64,000 nucleotides of DNA from Alphaproteobacteria bacterium. GTDB lineage: Bacteria > Pseudomonadota > Alphaproteobacteria > CALKHQ01. Under the pieces are notes generated by a model. That model searched no databases, was not told where the DNA came from, and saw nothing but the letters and a program-made list of their open reading frames with translations. The stretch lies in assembly GCA_965227515.1 (NCBI GenBank), contig CBDDFZ010000002.1, forward strand, positions 1,152,001 through 1,216,000. The letters run 5' to 3'. A program made the translations under genes and the position numbers. This document shows positions 60,780 through 64,000 of this stretch, piece by piece; the first letter of the stretch is position 1, and each line of letters starts with the position of its first letter.

Positions 60780-61712
60780 ATGAAAATCATTGCAGGTAAT
60801 TCGAACCGGCCGCTGGCCGAAGCGGTTTCGGCGGCGTTGAACGTACCGCTGACGCGGGCGCAAATCCGGCGTTTCTCCGACATGGAGATCTTCGTCGAGA
60901 TCCTGGAAAACATGCGCGGCGAGGATGCTTTCGTCATCCAGTCGACGTCGTTCCCCGCCAACGACAACGTCATGGAATTGTTGATCATTCTGGATGCGCT
61001 GAAGCGCAGCTCGGCGCGTCGGGTGACGGCGGTGATGCCCTATTACGGCTATGCCCGCCAGGACCGGAAGACCGGGCCGCGCACGCCCATTTCGGCCAAG
61101 CTGGTCGCCGACCTGATCGGCGCCGCCGGCGCCGACCGCGTGCTGACCATGGAACTGCACGCCGGCCAGATTCAGGGTTTCTTCGACGTTCCGGTGGACA
61201 ATCTGTTTTCCGGGCCGGTGTTCGCACAGGACATCCTGGACCACTACGACCAGGACCGGTTGATGATCGTTTCGCCCGACGTCGGCGGCGTCGTTCGGGC
61301 TCGCGGGATCGCACGACGACTTGACGTCGACCTTGCGATCATCGATAAGCGCCGCGAACGTGCCGGTGTTTCGGAAGTGATGAACATCATCGGCGACGTT
61401 CGTGGCCGCAGTTGCGTGCTGGTGGACGACATCGTCGATACCGCCGGCACCCTGTGCAATGCGGCCCAGGCACTGATGGACGCCGGCGCGGAACAGGTGG
61501 CGGCGTATGTCACCCATGGCGTGTTGTCTGGCGGGGCGGTGGCGCGGGTCACCTCGTCGCCGCTGCAGCAATTGGTGTTGACGGACAGTATTCAGGCGAC
61601 CGAGGCGGTGCGGGTGGCACAGAACATCCGCCAGCTCTCGGTGGCACCGCTGATCGCAGAAGCGGTTCGGCGGATTAGCGAGGAACGCTCGGTATCGAGC
61701 TTGTTCGATTGA
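60780..61712 (+). CDS. prs: Ribose-phosphate pyrophosphokinase
   Basis: [41 protein letters not shown]. Confidence 0.97.
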   Translation: MKIIAGNSNRPLAEAVSAALNVPLTRAQIRRFSDMEIFVEILENMRGEDAFVIQSTSFPANDNVMELLIILDALKRSSARRVTAVMPYYGYARQDRKTGPRTPISAKLVADLIGAAGADRVLTMELHAGQIQGFFDVPVDNLFSGPVFAQDILDHYDQDRLMIVSPDVGGVVRARGIARRLDVDLAIIDKRRERAGVSEVMNIIGDVRGRSCVLVDDIVDTAGTLCNAAQALMDAGAEQVAAYVTHGVLSGGAVARVTSSPLQQLVLTDSIQATEAVRVAQNIRQLSVAPLIAEAVRRISEERSVSSLFD

Positions 61713-61756
61713 TCGCGGCCCTCGGGGCCGCTTGATGGTTTGAGGAGACATGCGAC

Positions 61757-62416
61757 ATGGCTGAGGTCGCAACTTGGGATGTAGAGGCCCGCGCGCGGGC
61801 TGGCACCGGCGGGGCGCGCGAGACCCGGCGTCAGGGCATGGTGCCCGCGATTGTATATGGCGCGGGCGAGGAGCCGGCGATGATCGCGGTGTCGCCGAAG
61901 GAGCTGGCGCGCGAGCTGCGCAACCCGGGCTTCTTCGGCAAGCTGTTCGACCTGAAGCTGTCGGGCAAGGCCGAGCGGGTGATTCCGAAGGACGTGCAGT
62001 TCCATCCGGTCAGCGATGAGCCGCTGCATATCGACTTTCTGCGGGTCAGTGCCGATTCCAGGGTCACGGTCGCGGTGCCGGTGCAGTTCCAGAACGAAGA
62101 GGACTCGCCGGGCCTGCGCAGTGGCGGCGTGCTCAATATCGTCCGCCACGAGGTGGAGCTGAACTGCCGGGTGGATGCCATTCCGCAGGTGCTGGAGATC
62201 GACCTGACCGGCCTGGAAGTCGGCGATTCGGTCCACATCAGCGCGGTTTCGCTGGGTGACGGCGTCGAGCCTGTCATCTCCGACCGTGACTTCACCATCG
62301 CCACCATTGCCGCGCCGACCATCGTTGCCGATGTCGACGAGACCGAAGGCGAGGACGAGGGCGAAGACGAAGCGGCGGCAGAGGACACTGGCGACGAGGA
62401 CGACGGCGAGGACTGA
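61757..62416 (+). CDS. rplY: 50S ribosomal protein bL25/Ctc
   Basis: G.G.AR..RR.G.VPAIVYG, DVQFHPV...LHIDF, acidic tail. Confidence 0.95.
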   Translation: MAEVATWDVEARARAGTGGARETRRQGMVPAIVYGAGEEPAMIAVSPKELARELRNPGFFGKLFDLKLSGKAERVIPKDVQFHPVSDEPLHIDFLRVSADSRVTVAVPVQFQNEEDSPGLRSGGVLNIVRHEVELNCRVDAIPQVLEIDLTGLEVGDSVHISAVSLGDGVEPVISDRDFTIATIAAPTIVADVDETEGEDEGEDEAAAEDTGDEDDGED

Positions 62417-62565
62417 TCGTCGCGCGATTGCGTGTCGGCGCCGCGCCGCGGGCGTGGCGCCACTGCTGCTGAGGGTTGGCATCGGGGGCGTAGGTGGCCG
62501 GCGAGCGGAAGGGACTGCTGCGGCGACTGCTGCCCCGGGGCGACCGTGACAACGCGCCAGCCGAC

Positions 62566-63165
62566 ATGCGCTTGCTCGTCGGTCTCGGCAATCCCGGCCG
62601 CGAGTACGAAAACAACCGCCACAATGTGGGCTTCATGGCGATCGACGAGATCGCCGCGCACTACCGCTTGTCGGCGTGGCGCTCGCGCTTCGAGTCCGCC
62701 ACCGCCGACGGCACGGTCGGCGACCGGCGCGTGCTGGCCATGAAGCCGATGACTTATATGAACCGGTCCGGCCGCGCGGTCGGTGCGGCGGTGCGCTTCT
62801 TCAAGCTGGACCCCGCGGCGGTGTTCGTGTTCCAGGACGAGATGGACCTGGCGCCGGGCAAGGTGCGGGTGAAGAAGGGCGGCGGTGCCGGCGGGCACAA
62901 TGGCATTCGCGATATCGCTTCGCACATCGGCCAGGACTTCTGGCGGATACGCATCGGCGTCGGCCATCCGGGCAGCAAGGAGCGGGTGATCGGCCATGTG
63001 CTCAAGGACTTCGCCAAGGCGGACCAGGGCTGGCGCGACCAGGTGCTGGACAGCATGGCCGGCGCGCTGGATCTCCTGCTCGACGGCGACGAAGGCCGCT
63101 TCATGAACAAGGTCAGCGTTGCCGTGCAAGCTCTTGACCCGAAAGCAGACAAAAAGAGCAGCTGA
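62566..63165 (+). CDS. pth: Peptidyl-tRNA hydrolase; possible upstream GTG start at 62494
   Basis: LLVGLGNPG..Y..NRHNVGF, KP.TYMN.SG, GGHNG, RIRIGVG.P. Confidence 0.96.
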   Translation: MRLLVGLGNPGREYENNRHNVGFMAIDEIAAHYRLSAWRSRFESATADGTVGDRRVLAMKPMTYMNRSGRAVGAAVRFFKLDPAAVFVFQDEMDLAPGKVRVKKGGGAGGHNGIRDIASHIGQDFWRIRIGVGHPGSKERVIGHVLKDFAKADQGWRDQVLDSMAGALDLLLDGDEGRFMNKVSVAVQALDPKADKKSS

Positions 63166-63210
63166 TGCGCCCGGCATCGCGCTGCTTGCCCTAACCACAA
63201 GGAACCTGTC

Positions 63211-64000
63211 TTGGGATTTCGCTGCGGCATCGTCGGACTGCCCAATGTCGGCAAGTCGACCCTCTTCAATGCGCTGACCGCGACCGCGGCGGCGGAGGCG
63301 GCCAACTATCCGTTCTGCACCATCGAGCCGAATGTCGGCCGCGTGGTCGTGCCGGATGCACGCCTGGACCGCATCGCGGGCCTGGCCAAGTCGGCCCGCG
63401 TGGTGCCGACCCAGCTCGAGTTCGTCGACATCGCCGGGTTGGTGCGTGGCGCGAGCAAGGGCGAGGGGCTGGGCAACCAGTTCCTGGGCCATATCCGCGA
63501 GGTCGAGGCGGTCGCCCATGTCGTGCGCTGCTTTGTCGACGACAATGTCACCCACGTCGATGGCGGCATCGACCCGATGCGCGATGCCGAAACCATCGAG
63601 ACCGAGCTGATGCTGGCCGACCTGGAGAGCCTGGAACGGCGCACGGTCGCGGCGGAGAAGAAGGCGCGCGGCGGCGATCGCGAGGCCAAGGCCGAACTGC
63701 CGGTGATGCAGCGCGCGCTCGCCCTGTTGCAGGACGGCAAGCCGACCCGCGGCATGGCCGTCAGCGCGGAGGAACGGCCGATCTTCCGCCGGCTGCAACT
63801 GCTCACCGCCAAGCCGGTGCTCTATGTCTGCAACGTCGACGAGGGATCGGCCGCCAACGGCAACGAACTCAGCCAGAAGGTCGCCGAGATGGCGGCGGAG
63901 ACCGGGGCCGTGTCCGTCGTGATCTCGGCCGCGATCGAGGCGGAGCTGTCGACCCTCGACGCGGAGGACAAGCAGGCGTTCCTGGACGATCTCGATTTGA
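63211..64000 (+). CDS. ychF: Redox-regulated ATPase YchF (partial, runs off window)
   Basis: TTG start; GFRCGIVGLPNVGKSTLFNALT, ANYPFCTIEPN, VDIAGLV.GAS.GEGLGN.FL. Confidence 0.95.
   Translation, partial: MGFRCGIVGLPNVGKSTLFNALTATAAAEAANYPFCTIEPNVGRVVVPDARLDRIAGLAKSARVVPTQLEFVDIAGLVRGASKGEGLGNQFLGHIREVEAVAHVVRCFVDDNVTHVDGGIDPMRDAETIETELMLADLESLERRTVAAEKKARGGDREAKAELPVMQRALALLQDGKPTRGMAVSAEERPIFRRLQLLTAKPVLYVCNVDEGSAANGNELSQKVAEMAAETGAVSVVISAAIEAELSTLDAEDKQAFLDDLDL

Overview
High-GC alphaproteobacterial chromosome segment; gene content and synteny (rplU-rpmA-obgE-proB, lrp...trxB-LysR, rluD-rpoH, prs-rplY-pth-ychF) suggest a Rhodospirillales-like host, which is inference. It is mostly housekeeping and metabolic genes: glyA, glcB, pyrF/pyrD, trxB, two ABC importers, two type II toxin-antitoxin pairs and tRNA-Ser(CGA). 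At least four families of dispersed palindromic REP-like repeats are present. The clearest accessory system is a complete IS110 (IS621-like) element at 31027-32150. Its left end folds like a bridge RNA whose guide segments match its own donor junction and, in part, the palindromic repeat it inserted into at a CT core. Other leads: an anticodon-domain-less Asp/Asn-tRNA-synthetase paralog behind a leader terminator; a small 4-Cys module shared by a secreted protease and two tandem YARHG proteins; an AioX-like binding protein coupled to a sensor kinase; a desaturase/PhnD-like/XRE module with a hairpin over the start codon; a regulator-hydrolase/STAS/DUF1127 module; and an internally deleted GH2 gene. 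All product calls come from motif recognition by eye; no database searches were run.
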